From assembly GCA_963772455.1 (NCBI GenBank), contig CAVYXJ010000004.1:1-24501 (forward strand): a stretch of 24,501 nucleotides of DNA, in the 5' to 3' direction. Positions within the stretch are counted from its first letter, which is position 1, and each line of letters starts with the position of its first letter. Below the pieces are notes generated by a model. It did no database searches. It was given only the letters and a program-made list of their open reading frames with translations, and was not told the DNA's origin. Below are positions 1 through 8,859 of this stretch, piece after piece. The DNA comes from Candidatus Bathyarchaeota archaeon. GTDB lineage: Archaea; Thermoproteota; Bathyarchaeia; Bathyarchaeales; Bathycorpusculaceae. A program made the translations under genes and the position numbers.

Positions 1-1
1 C

Positions 2-334
2 AACTATTATGGAATTTATCCTTCATCATATCAAACATCTACAAGAGCTCTTACTAATTCTATACTTCAAAATTATCATCTAACTATTGGTCTTAGTATA
101 TTCAATCCTGTTGGGACAAATAATCCAGGCGCAATTTATAATCACCGTGCTTCTGGTTCATCAGACATTACAGGGTCACTTTTAGCTTTAGGCTTAACCA
201 GAACACCTGATGTACGAGTCACAAGTTTGAGCCTTCTATCCTATTATCAGCCCAGATTATACGCATCAGAGTATACTGCGGCTGGAACTTCGCGAATAGT
301 AACTTTACAATTGGGTTTGGTGGGAAGTGGATAA
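2..334 (+). CDS. Partial hypothetical protein (5' end outside window), probably part of the secreted/pilin-like cluster
   Basis: Frame starting at base 2 is open to TAA at 332-334 (NYYGIYPSSYQ...SRIVTLQLGLVGSG*). The stop lies 1 nt before the ATG at 336, consistent with an operon. Confidence 0.7.
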   Translation, partial: NYYGIYPSSYQTSTRALTNSILQNYHLTIGLSIFNPVGTNNPGAIYNHRASGSSDITGSLLALGLTRTPDVRVTSLSLLSYYQPRLYASEYTAAGTSRIVTLQLGLVGSG

Positions 335-335
335 A

Positions 336-3300
336 ATGAACAATAAAGGTGCGTTTTCAGTTATAGCTGCTTTGCTTGTTGCAGTAGTTTTGATAGCTTC
401 GGTGATGACTGCTTACTCTTCAATTCGATACACTTCGGTTCAAGGGCAGCCTCAAATTTTGAGTGCAGTGGATGAAACCAATCTTTCACTGAAGCAACTT
501 CTGGGGTTCACTGTTGGCTATTATGGTTCAGTTCTGAAAGTTACTGGTAACGTGAATTATGCTTACCAATTGGCTAAAAACTATCTGGACAGCGGTTTAG
601 ATAATGTAGCATTTGTTAAACCCGAATGGGGTTTATCATTGAATGTGTCTGATTTGAGACTTAATGCCAATTGGTTCGCAAACAAGAGCTACAGTCAAGG
701 TAGCATGCAAGTTAATTACGATTTAAACGGATTGGGCATTTTGGGCATTAGTTATAATGCTTCAACTCGATTGGAAGTCCAAATATCATATTCTGTCTCG
801 CCAACTCAAGCGCAGTTCAAAGTATTGACAGACAATGGTGAACCGTTAATTAACCTTGGAACTAAAAATATAAAGTTTTACCGCTATACATATTCGAATT
901 CAACTTGGGAATTCACAGCTCCAACCAACATAATTTCCCACGCAGACGGAACCTACGTTGTTGATCTTCCGTCAGGCTTGAATAGCAATTCATACGTTGT
1001 TCAAGTGGAAGACACCCGTGGACTTTCAGTTTTAGCCGCATCTTTTAGCAAGTTCACTTCTTCAATCGCTTGGAACACAACTGCGTTTAGAACCGACTTA
1101 GATTATGTTGATACCGCCGATGTGGACATTTTGGGAACTCATGGTGACTTCGGTTCCCAACAAATTGGACCCGATGGCTACTATGACACCTTAACCGAGC
1201 AAGCCTCTGGAATTGGAACTCTTAGCTACTATCCGCTTTACTGTAATTTGCTTGGTTCAACGACAATTGCTCAAAGTTCAGGAAATATAACCGCTGATAC
1301 TGCTCTCGACGATGGAAATAGTCTACAGTTGCGCTCTTACCCCTCAACTTTTTCTTCTCAAACCAATACTCTGGGGTATTCAAATAAAGGGGGAACTTCT
1401 CAGAATATAGAGGGTAGAATCACAGGGTCTCTTTTCACTACAAGCAATGGCGGTCAAGTTCAATCAATTTCAGTAAACTTAGTCTCAACGGCAACTAGCC
1501 AAAACCATAACGCAAAAGTTGCAATTTACTCAGCTTCAGATAGCCGTCTTATTGCAGGCTCAACAGCCAAAACTATAGTTCCTGGAGATAACGGATGGGT
1601 TTCTTTCACATTTAGCGACCCTAAACCATTACTTAATGCAAATACCAACTACATTCTTGTTGCTTGGTCTGATAATGCACAAGGGGCAGTTAACATGTAT
1701 TACGATTCTGGCTCGGGTCAAGGGTACGCTGACACTAGAAGCTACACTAACTGGCCAAATCCAGACACAAATCTCAATGTTGACTCAGCAAAAAGATACA
1801 GTATCAATTGCACATTTGCACTTGCAACCCAGTATATGGCTCAGGCGGAGTTAACTGGAACTTCGAATCAATATAATTGGCAACAGTTAGTTTGGGCAAT
1901 TGACAGTGCCGTTACCACTGGAACAGCAAGTTATACGGCTCAATTATACAATTTCGCCTCAAGTTCATACCCGAGTAGCGGCGACGGATACATTAGTAGT
2001 GCTTCACTAGGAACAACGGATTCCCTGCAAACAAGTACAATAACTTCCAACCCAACCAACTTCAGAAACAACACGAACGGCTGGAAACTGTTGTTAACCG
2101 CATCAAACACTACCTCAGCGCAGTTCAACTTAAAAATAGATCTCGCCATTTTGACATCTCAATTCTCCAATTACGCTATTAACTTGCAGGAACAATGGCT
2201 AAACGTAAACGCTACCAATCTTCGTCAGGATTTATGTATCAAAACAGGCGCAATGGGGTCCGAACCATTAATTGTTCAGGTTTTGTATGGTGGTTCCTGG
2301 CAGAATCTAATGACTCTCATTCCCAATTACTTCAATAATGCTTCGCTTGTACCCTTCATAGATTCATCAACCCTATCCATTAGATTCGTAGGCAGTATTG
2401 AAGTAAACGACGGCACACAAGACACTTGGAATATTGACTGTGTATACCTAAAAGATGAACCAGATATTAGCTATCTTCTTAACAACCAAGAATCAACCAT
2501 CACAATTGAGATTCTGCAAAACGGTACAATGCGTTGGCTTGGTCAAAATATTCAGTTAACCACTCAAACATTGCCAATCCCTCCCATCCCTGTAAAAGCT
2601 ATTCACGTAAACCAAACCATAAATGGAATAAACCAAGAAGTTCCTTTCCAAATTGAAGATTGGGCTTCTAGTTACCAAATCCCACTGGGGTTAACAAGCA
2701 ACTCAACAGTTTTTGGCAATCGTCAAATGGTTGTTTTCCTCTTAACCAGTAAGGTTACTGATTTCACGGTTTGGTGGGACGGAATCGACACAGCAGCCCA
2801 AACACCGTTGGCATTCACCAACAGATATTTCACAAACGACAATACCAACGCCAATACTCTCACCAACGGAAGAGTTACTTTAGCATTTGGAGGTTTCAAC
2901 GTTGTATCAACCGTAGCGGGAACAAGCACCTCAAGTACAGCGACTTTCATGCGCATTAACACTGAAGCAAGCACTTATGGGGCAGGATTATCCTACGTTA
3001 TCCACCATGGGGTAGTCAGAGACATTGTTCAGCAAGAAGCAGAATGGGGTAAAACCAATCCTCCTGCAGATGATGGTGGCGCGAACAATTGTCCAAATCT
3101 ATATGCTAATATAGTCATAACTCTACCGGCAAACGCAACATACTACACCTACCAGCTTCGAATAATGTTTATAAACTCAGCCCAAGTCCGCTCAATTAGT
3201 AGCCTATGCCCGATACAACTAACAACAAATGTACCCTCAGTGCAAACACAAACAGAAAATGGTACACTTGCGGGATTCCCAATACTTCAGAATGGAACAG

Positions 3301-3668
3301 GGACGTTCCTGAACTCCAATAGCGGCGGTTGGACGCCACATCATTTTAGTCAATTCATTTCCGACAATGGAAAGGGTGCAGGCATAATGTTTACAGATAT
3401 TGCTAATCAGAAACTTTATTCGTTTGATTCTTTTTCCGCAAGCACCTCTAAGGGTGCCTTAAAAGCCAGTAGTGGATTGCTTGAATTGTTGCCTGTGAGT
3501 TCCTCTCAGGTTCAATTTACAAACGCCTATGATATTACTTGGCAAGGTGCGGTTGTAACGTTTGATGGTACTAAACCTATTTGCAGTTTGTACGATGGAA
3601 CCACGCCGACGGGTCTTTGGATATTAGCCGAGTATCCGCCCACCTTCACTATAACTGCCAAAAGCTAA
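336..3668 (+). CDS. Large secreted/surface protein with type IV pilin-like (class III) signal peptide
   Basis: Likely start ATG 336 (track uses GTG 327). N-terminus MNNKG|AFSVIAALLVAVVLIASVMTAY has a basic residue plus Gly followed by a hydrophobic helix. S/T/N/G-rich beta-type body, about 18 N-x-S/T sequons counted by eye, no C-terminal TM, adjacent to a prepilin peptidase. Confidence 0.75.
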   Translation: MNNKGAFSVIAALLVAVVLIASVMTAYSSIRYTSVQGQPQILSAVDETNLSLKQLLGFTVGYYGSVLKVTGNVNYAYQLAKNYLDSGLDNVAFVKPEWGLSLNVSDLRLNANWFANKSYSQGSMQVNYDLNGLGILGISYNASTRLEVQISYSVSPTQAQFKVLTDNGEPLINLGTKNIKFYRYTYSNSTWEFTAPTNIISHADGTYVVDLPSGLNSNSYVVQVEDTRGLSVLAASFSKFTSSIAWNTTAFRTDLDYVDTADVDILGTHGDFGSQQIGPDGYYDTLTEQASGIGTLSYYPLYCNLLGSTTIAQSSGNITADTALDDGNSLQLRSYPSTFSSQTNTLGYSNKGGTSQNIEGRITGSLFTTSNGGQVQSISVNLVSTATSQNHNAKVAIYSASDSRLIAGSTAKTIVPGDNGWVSFTFSDPKPLLNANTNYILVAWSDNAQGAVNMYYDSGSGQGYADTRSYTNWPNPDTNLNVDSAKRYSINCTFALATQYMAQAELTGTSNQYNWQQLVWAIDSAVTTGTASYTAQLYNFASSSYPSSGDGYISSASLGTTDSLQTSTITSNPTNFRNNTNGWKLLLTASNTTSAQFNLKIDLAILTSQFSNYAINLQEQWLNVNATNLRQDLCIKTGAMGSEPLIVQVLYGGSWQNLMTLIPNYFNNASLVPFIDSSTLSIRFVGSIEVNDGTQDTWNIDCVYLKDEPDISYLLNNQESTITIEILQNGTMRWLGQNIQLTTQTLPIPPIPVKAIHVNQTINGINQEVPFQIEDWASSYQIPLGLTSNSTVFGNRQMVVFLLTSKVTDFTVWWDGIDTAAQTPLAFTNRYFTNDNTNANTLTNGRVTLAFGGFNVVSTVAGTSTSSTATFMRINTEASTYGAGLSYVIHHGVVRDIVQQEAEWGKTNPPADDGGANNCPNLYANIVITLPANATYYTYQLRIMFINSAQVRSISSLCPIQLTTNVPSVQTQTENGTLAGFPILQNGTGTFLNSNSGGWTPHHFSQFISDNGKGAGIMFTDIANQKLYSFDSFSASTSKGALKASSGLLELLPVSSSQVQFTNAYDITWQGAVVTFDGTKPICSLYDGTTPTGLWILAEYPPTFTITAKS

Positions 3669-3786
3669 ACCTGAAAAATTCCTAACCACCTTGAACTATG
3701 AAATAATTGCCCACAAAATCTTATTAGCCTAAATTACCAACATGCTACTCCAGAAAAGGTAAAAGGGTGCACTGACAATTCAAACA

Positions 3787-4602
3787 TTGCAAGCAATCTT
3801 AACAGGGGCAAGCATAACAGTTTCGTTAATCATTTTAATTTATGCTTCATGGTGTGACCACAAAACTCGTGAAGTTAGTAACAGGGTTTGGGAAATCTAC
3901 GCGCCAATTGCATTAACGCTTACTTTGTCTGAACTGCTTTTATTTGAGCCTTCACAGTTGCCTTTTTATGGCTTAAGCTTTGGTGTAACAGTGGGCTTAG
4001 CCTTTCTGCTATTTTATGTTGGAGGTTTCGGTGGTGCAGATTCGAAAGCTTTCATGTGCATAGCTCTTGCCTTGCCTTTTGCTCCTATAGCTTTGTTTTC
4101 ACCACTTCTGGCTGAAGCGATATCGCCAACTTCACAAATCATATTTCCAATAACAATCTTTGGAAACGCAGTGTTGTTCGCTGCGGCTAGTTGTATTTAC
4201 ATTATTCTGCGTAACTTAATATGGCACAAAAAAACAAAAACTAAAATGTTCCAAGGAACCCTCGCATCAGAATCGATAGCCAAAAAATTAATCGTGTTAA
4301 TTACTGGTTATAGGATCAGTATTTCGAAAGTAAAAGAAAAGTGGCATATTTTTCCGTTAGAAGACATTGAAGATGATACGGTTAACCTAAAACGCAAGCT
4401 AGTTGTTATGCCTCATGACGATGAGGGCCGACAAAAGATTGTTGACCGTTTATCCAAAGCTGCTGAAGAAGGAAAAATAAGCAATTATGTTTGGGCGTCG
4501 CCAGGGTTGCCTATGTTGATTTTTGTTACTTTAGGGTTAGTTGTTGCCTTGTTTCTTGGGGATTTTGTTTGGTTGTTGGTTAGGTTTCTTTTAGGCGCCT
4601 AA
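3787..4602 (+). CDS. A24-family prepilin/preflagellin peptidase (PibD/FlaK-like)
   Basis: Multi-TM protein with first catalytic Asp in YASWCDHKTREV, second in GGFGGADSKAF, and C-terminal VWASPGLPMLIF motif of archaeal A24 peptidases. TTG start. Confidence 0.9.
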   Translation: MQAILTGASITVSLIILIYASWCDHKTREVSNRVWEIYAPIALTLTLSELLLFEPSQLPFYGLSFGVTVGLAFLLFYVGGFGGADSKAFMCIALALPFAPIALFSPLLAEAISPTSQIIFPITIFGNAVLFAAASCIYIILRNLIWHKKTKTKMFQGTLASESIAKKLIVLITGYRISISKVKEKWHIFPLEDIEDDTVNLKRKLVVMPHDDEGRQKIVDRLSKAAEEGKISNYVWASPGLPMLIFVTLGLVVALFLGDFVWLLVRFLLGA

Positions 4603-4618
4603 TTATGGAAAATAAGAA

Positions 4619-4846
4619 TTATTGTAAGATAGTTTTGCTTCTTTTTGAATAAGAAATAGATGCCGTAACCATCGAGACCGAGCCGAAACCGACTAATGCA
4701 AGAGCGATGCTTCGATATGGATAACTTAAGCTTGCGCTTAAAGCAGTGTTTTCGGCAACTGAGCCTTGATATGAATAAAAGACCATGGCTACTGCAAACA
4801 ATGTAATTGCAGCTAATAGCAAACTAACTTCTGTTTTGAACTTCAA
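4619..4846 (-). CDS. Small two-TM hypothetical membrane protein
   Basis: 75 aa with two hydrophobic segments (VSLLLAAITLFAVAMVFYSY; SIALALVGFGSVSMVTASISY) and a basic tail. Fills the gap between genes; purine-rich run upstream of the TTG. Confidence 0.7.
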   Translation of the reverse strand: MKFKTEVSLLLAAITLFAVAMVFYSYQGSVAENTALSASLSYPYRSIALALVGFGSVSMVTASISYSKRSKTILQ

Positions 4847-4938
4847 TTCCCTTTCCCCTCTCCCAATAGTCTGAATTCATATTCTAAATCAAAAGGTTAT
4901 TTTAGGCTTTTGGAAATAAACCCTTATGGGGCTGTTTT

Positions 4939-6024
4939 ATGGCTTTAACAGAATCGAAAAAGGAATTGCTGAATTTTCTTCAAGAACAACATTTGAAAAC
5001 ATGTAAAGTAGTAGTTTTGCCCGATTTCTTTCTCGATCGACTATTAAATTTGGAATGGGATGTCTCAGGGTTTTATAGTTTGGTTACTGATGTAACTAGA
5101 AGAAAGGGTGGCAGTCTTGATGGTGTTTCTCAAACTGACATGCGGGGAGGAAACGCTATCAATGTTGCGTCAGCTTTGGATAGTTTAGGTGCTGAAGTTA
5201 CACCTATTGTTTCTACAAGCCAATTTGGTCTGCAGCAACTAAAATATCATTTCAAAAATAGCTCACTTGATACTTCGCATGTGAAGACTATTGGCAAAGC
5301 CTCAGTGACAACCGCGATGGAATTTAGTAATAAAGGCGAGAAAACAAACGTTATGATTCGTGATTTGGGAGCACTCGCTGATTTTGGACCTGCAAATTTT
5401 GATGAAAGCGACTATTCGCTAATTGAGACTGCCGATTATGTATGTCTGTTCAATTGGGCTGGAACAGTAAAGTTCGGCACTGCTCTGGCTCAAATGATTT
5501 TTGATAAAGTAAAACAGAAAGGAAAAGGCAAGACATACTATGACACGGCTGATCCTACTCCTAACTCAACTGCAATTTCTGATTTGATGGAAAAAGTCTT
5601 GAAAACTGATAAAGTGGATATTTTGAGTTTAAATGAAAACGAAGCGATAACATATGCAAGTTTACTTGATAAGAACTTGAAAGAGGATAATGGACATTTG
5701 GAGTTTGCTGAGTTAGCGATGGAAGCTGCAAAGATTTTAGCTAAACGGTTTCCAGCGAGGATTGATTTACATACTACAGCTTTTTCTGCTTCCTTCAAAG
5801 GTAAGAAGGAAGTAGTGGTTCCGGCGTTTAAGGTTCAGGTTCTTCGTGTAACTGGTGCTGGTGATGCTTGGGATGCAGGAAACATTTTGGGTGATCACAA
5901 TGGATTGTCCGATGAGAGTCGATTAATGTTGGCGAATGCTGTCGCAGCTTGTTACCTCTCAGACCCAGAAGGGTTGCATCCAAATAAAGAAAAATTGATC
6001 TCATTTCTAAGATATTATTCTTAG
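4939..6024 (+). CDS. PfkB/ribokinase-family carbohydrate kinase
   Basis: GGNAINVA substrate motif, LSLNENEA, and anion-hole motif VTGAGDAWDAG...ANAVAA. Confidence 0.88.
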   Translation: MALTESKKELLNFLQEQHLKTCKVVVLPDFFLDRLLNLEWDVSGFYSLVTDVTRRKGGSLDGVSQTDMRGGNAINVASALDSLGAEVTPIVSTSQFGLQQLKYHFKNSSLDTSHVKTIGKASVTTAMEFSNKGEKTNVMIRDLGALADFGPANFDESDYSLIETADYVCLFNWAGTVKFGTALAQMIFDKVKQKGKGKTYYDTADPTPNSTAISDLMEKVLKTDKVDILSLNENEAITYASLLDKNLKEDNGHLEFAELAMEAAKILAKRFPARIDLHTTAFSASFKGKKEVVVPAFKVQVLRVTGAGDAWDAGNILGDHNGLSDESRLMLANAVAACYLSDPEGLHPNKEKLISFLRYYS

Positions 6025-6093
6025 GCGATGCCAAATTATTTTAAGCTACAATCCTCTACCATGCATGTAACAGTTGAATTAAAGGTGCAATAG

Positions 6094-7452
6094 ATGTCTA
6101 AATTGTTCGGAAGCTCAGGTGTGAGGGGATTAGCAAATGTCGATTTGACTCCTATTCTTGCTTGCAGGGTTGCATTGGCAGTGGCTACTCACTCAAAGGC
6201 CAAGTCTGCTGTGGTAGCTCGTGATACACGTGTTTCAGGAAACATGTTAGAGGACGCTTTGGTTTCAGGTTTAATTTCGACAGGTACGGATGTTTTGATT
6301 TCGGACATTGTGCCGACTCCTGTTTTAGCTTATGCAGCTAAAGCGTTAGGCGCAGACATAGGTTTTATGTTAACAGCTTCACATAATCCTCCTCAATACA
6401 ACGGCATCAAAGTGTTTAATGGCGAGAGTTTATCCTACACCGATGAAGACCAAGGAGCCATAGAAAAAATTATAGCTGACGGAAATTATACCCTGGCGGA
6501 TTGGCGAAGTCTTGGTAAAACGACCTCAATTGATACTAGTGCAGTTTACTTAAATGCGGTCCAGAAAGTTGTCACAATGAAAAAACGGTGGAATGTTGTT
6601 GTTGATCCAGGTTGCGGCGCCGCATTCAATGTTGGTCCACAATTGCTCAAAGCTCTTGGTTGCAAAGTGACCTCCTTAAATGCTCAACCAGACGGTTATT
6701 TTCCCGCTAGAAAATCTGAACCAACAGCCGAATCCCTGCAAGACTTGGCAAAAACAGTGAAAACTCTCCATGCCGATATTGGAGTTGCTTTTGATGGCGA
6801 TGCTGACCGAGTAGCATTTGTTGATGAGAACGGGGTCTTTGTTAATTTTGACCGATCGTTAGCAGCCTATGGTGCCTTTATTTTGAAGAAAAACAAAGGT
6901 GGTTTGGTAGTTACTAACGTTGAAGCTTCAATGTGTGTCGAAACGATGGCTGAAAAATATGGTGGCAAAGTTGTTCGGACTCGGGTGGGAGACATTTACG
7001 TTTCTGAAGCTATAAAAAGAGGTGGAGCACTTTTTGGAGGCGAACCATGTGGAGCTTGGGTGCATCCCCAGATTCATCTTTGCCCCGATGGACCCCTTTC
7101 AGCTGTTCTTTTCCTTAAAGCTTTAGAAGATGAAGGCAAAACTGTTTCTGAGTTTATCAGTGAAGTGCCAGAGTACATTACAATGAGGGAAAACGTTGCC
7201 TGCAAGAACGAACAAAAATATGTATTGGTGGAAAAACTAAGTATTGCACTTAAGTCCGAGTTTCCGGCTTACACGGACTTTTCTATTGTTGACGGGGTAA
7301 GATTAGCTCTCAAGAATGGTTGGCTGCTAATTCGAGCATCAGGCACAGAACCGCTAATCCGCTTAACCGTTGAAGGGGATTCCCAAGAGGCGGCAAAAGA
7401 TATAACCCAAAAAGCCACAGCACTTATACACAAACAAGTAGAGGCACAGTAA
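6094..7452 (+). CDS. glmM: Phosphoglucosamine mutase (alpha-D-phosphohexomutase)
   Basis: LFGSSGVRG start, catalytic TASHNP, metal loop FDGDADR, C-terminal IRASGTEPLIR. 2 nt upstream of the GlmU-like gene; AAGGTG SD-like site upstream. Confidence 0.9.
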   Translation: MSKLFGSSGVRGLANVDLTPILACRVALAVATHSKAKSAVVARDTRVSGNMLEDALVSGLISTGTDVLISDIVPTPVLAYAAKALGADIGFMLTASHNPPQYNGIKVFNGESLSYTDEDQGAIEKIIADGNYTLADWRSLGKTTSIDTSAVYLNAVQKVVTMKKRWNVVVDPGCGAAFNVGPQLLKALGCKVTSLNAQPDGYFPARKSEPTAESLQDLAKTVKTLHADIGVAFDGDADRVAFVDENGVFVNFDRSLAAYGAFILKKNKGGLVVTNVEASMCVETMAEKYGGKVVRTRVGDIYVSEAIKRGGALFGGEPCGAWVHPQIHLCPDGPLSAVLFLKALEDEGKTVSEFISEVPEYITMRENVACKNEQKYVLVEKLSIALKSEFPAYTDFSIVDGVRLALKNGWLLIRASGTEPLIRLTVEGDSQEAAKDITQKATALIHKQVEAQ

Positions 7453-7454
7453 AC

Positions 7455-8732
7455 ATGAAAGCAGTACTCTTAGCTGCAGGTGAAGGTATCAGGCTTTTGC
7501 CCATAACGGCGACTCGCCCCAAGCACCTTATTAAAGTTGGGGGAAAACCGATTCTTCAATTCTGCTTGGAGGCAGTTAGGCGAGCGGGAATAGATGAAGC
7601 TATAATTGTTACTCATTACATGGGCGAAGCAATCCGTAGTTACTTTGGCGACGGTGAAGAACTCGGGTTAAAGTTAACTTTTGTAGAGCAAAAAGCTATT
7701 TTGGGAACGGGTAATGCCGCGGAGGTTGCTGAGTCAAATTTGGATGAGGATTTTGTTTTAGTTTATGGGGATTTACTTTTCGGTGAGGACACGGTGAAGA
7801 CCGTTTTATCCGAATTTAAGAAAGGAAAAACCGCAGCAGTTATGGGGGTTATTCCAGTTGACAAGCCTGAAAGTTACGGAATAATTGAGCAACATGCAGA
7901 TGGAAGAGTAAAGCGAATTATTGAAAAACCAGCTGCGGGGAAGGCGCCATCGAATCTTGCTAATGCAGGTGTGTATGTTTTTTCAAAAGAAGTATTTGAT
8001 AAGATTAAACAGACCAAGACATCTGTTCGAGGTGAATGGGAACTTACCGATGCAATAACAATGCTTGCCCAAGAGGGTAAAACGGTTTTGGCTGTGCAAC
8101 TCAGCAAAGACGATTGGTTTGATGTGGGAAGACCTTGGGATTTGCTTGATGCGAATGTTTGGGCGCTTAAACGCCTTGATCACAAAGTGTTGGGTTCGGT
8201 GGAGCAGGGTGCTCATTTAATTGGTCCTGTCACTTTAGCTGAGTCCGCGAGGGTTCGTTCAGGAGCCTATATTGAAGGACCCGCATTTATTGATGAAGAA
8301 GCCGATATTGGACCCAATTGTTACATAAGAGCGGGTACAAGCATAGGCAAAAAAGTGCGCGTTGGAAACGCTTGTGAAGTTAAAAATAGCATACTTATGG
8401 ATGGTACACATGTTGGGCACCTATCGTATGTTGGCGATAGCATTCTTGGTGAAAAATGCAACCTTGGGGCTGGTACCATAATTGCGAACTATCGCTTTGA
8501 TGGTGGTTCAATCAAAATGATGATTAAAGATCAAGTAATAAACACAGGCAGGAGAAAATTGGGTGCTGTTCTCGGTGACAATGTCAAGACTGGAATTAAA
8601 TCTCTGTTTATGCCAGGAGTCAAAGTGGGTACAAACACTTGGGTTGGAGCCAACTTTATGGTAGAACGTGATTTGCCTGCAAACTCTATTGCAACACTTA
8701 AGCAAAATAGTGAAATAAAACAAAAAAAGTAG
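7455..8732 (+). CDS. glmU: Bifunctional sugar-1-phosphate nucleotidylyltransferase / N-acetyltransferase (archaeal GlmU-type)
   Basis: LLAAGEGIRLLPITATRPK nucleotidyltransferase motif, RGEWELTD, WFDVGRPWDLL, then left-handed beta-helix hexapeptides (HLSYVGDSILG, NLGAGT, TGRRKLGAVLGD). Confidence 0.88.
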   Translation: MKAVLLAAGEGIRLLPITATRPKHLIKVGGKPILQFCLEAVRRAGIDEAIIVTHYMGEAIRSYFGDGEELGLKLTFVEQKAILGTGNAAEVAESNLDEDFVLVYGDLLFGEDTVKTVLSEFKKGKTAAVMGVIPVDKPESYGIIEQHADGRVKRIIEKPAAGKAPSNLANAGVYVFSKEVFDKIKQTKTSVRGEWELTDAITMLAQEGKTVLAVQLSKDDWFDVGRPWDLLDANVWALKRLDHKVLGSVEQGAHLIGPVTLAESARVRSGAYIEGPAFIDEEADIGPNCYIRAGTSIGKKVRVGNACEVKNSILMDGTHVGHLSYVGDSILGEKCNLGAGTIIANYRFDGGSIKMMIKDQVINTGRRKLGAVLGDNVKTGIKSLFMPGVKVGTNTWVGANFMVERDLPANSIATLKQNSEIKQKK

Positions 8733-8741
8733 ATTATAATT

Positions 8742-8778
8742 GAAGTGCTCTTGAAAGAGCTCTTCTTATTTCTTTTCT
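8742..8778 (+). terminator. Hairpin plus T-rich tract after glmU, between convergent genes
   Basis: GAAG-T-GCTCT-(TGAA)-AGAGC-T-CTTC stem (9 pairs, one T/T mismatch) at 8742-8765, followed by TTATTTCTTTTCT. Confidence 0.4.
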
Positions 8779-8859
8779 GTTCGTCTGTTTCTTCAATCAG
8801 TAATTTATCACCTCAAACTTTTTTTGAACACAAAAGACCATTGACTGGTAAGTGTCATT

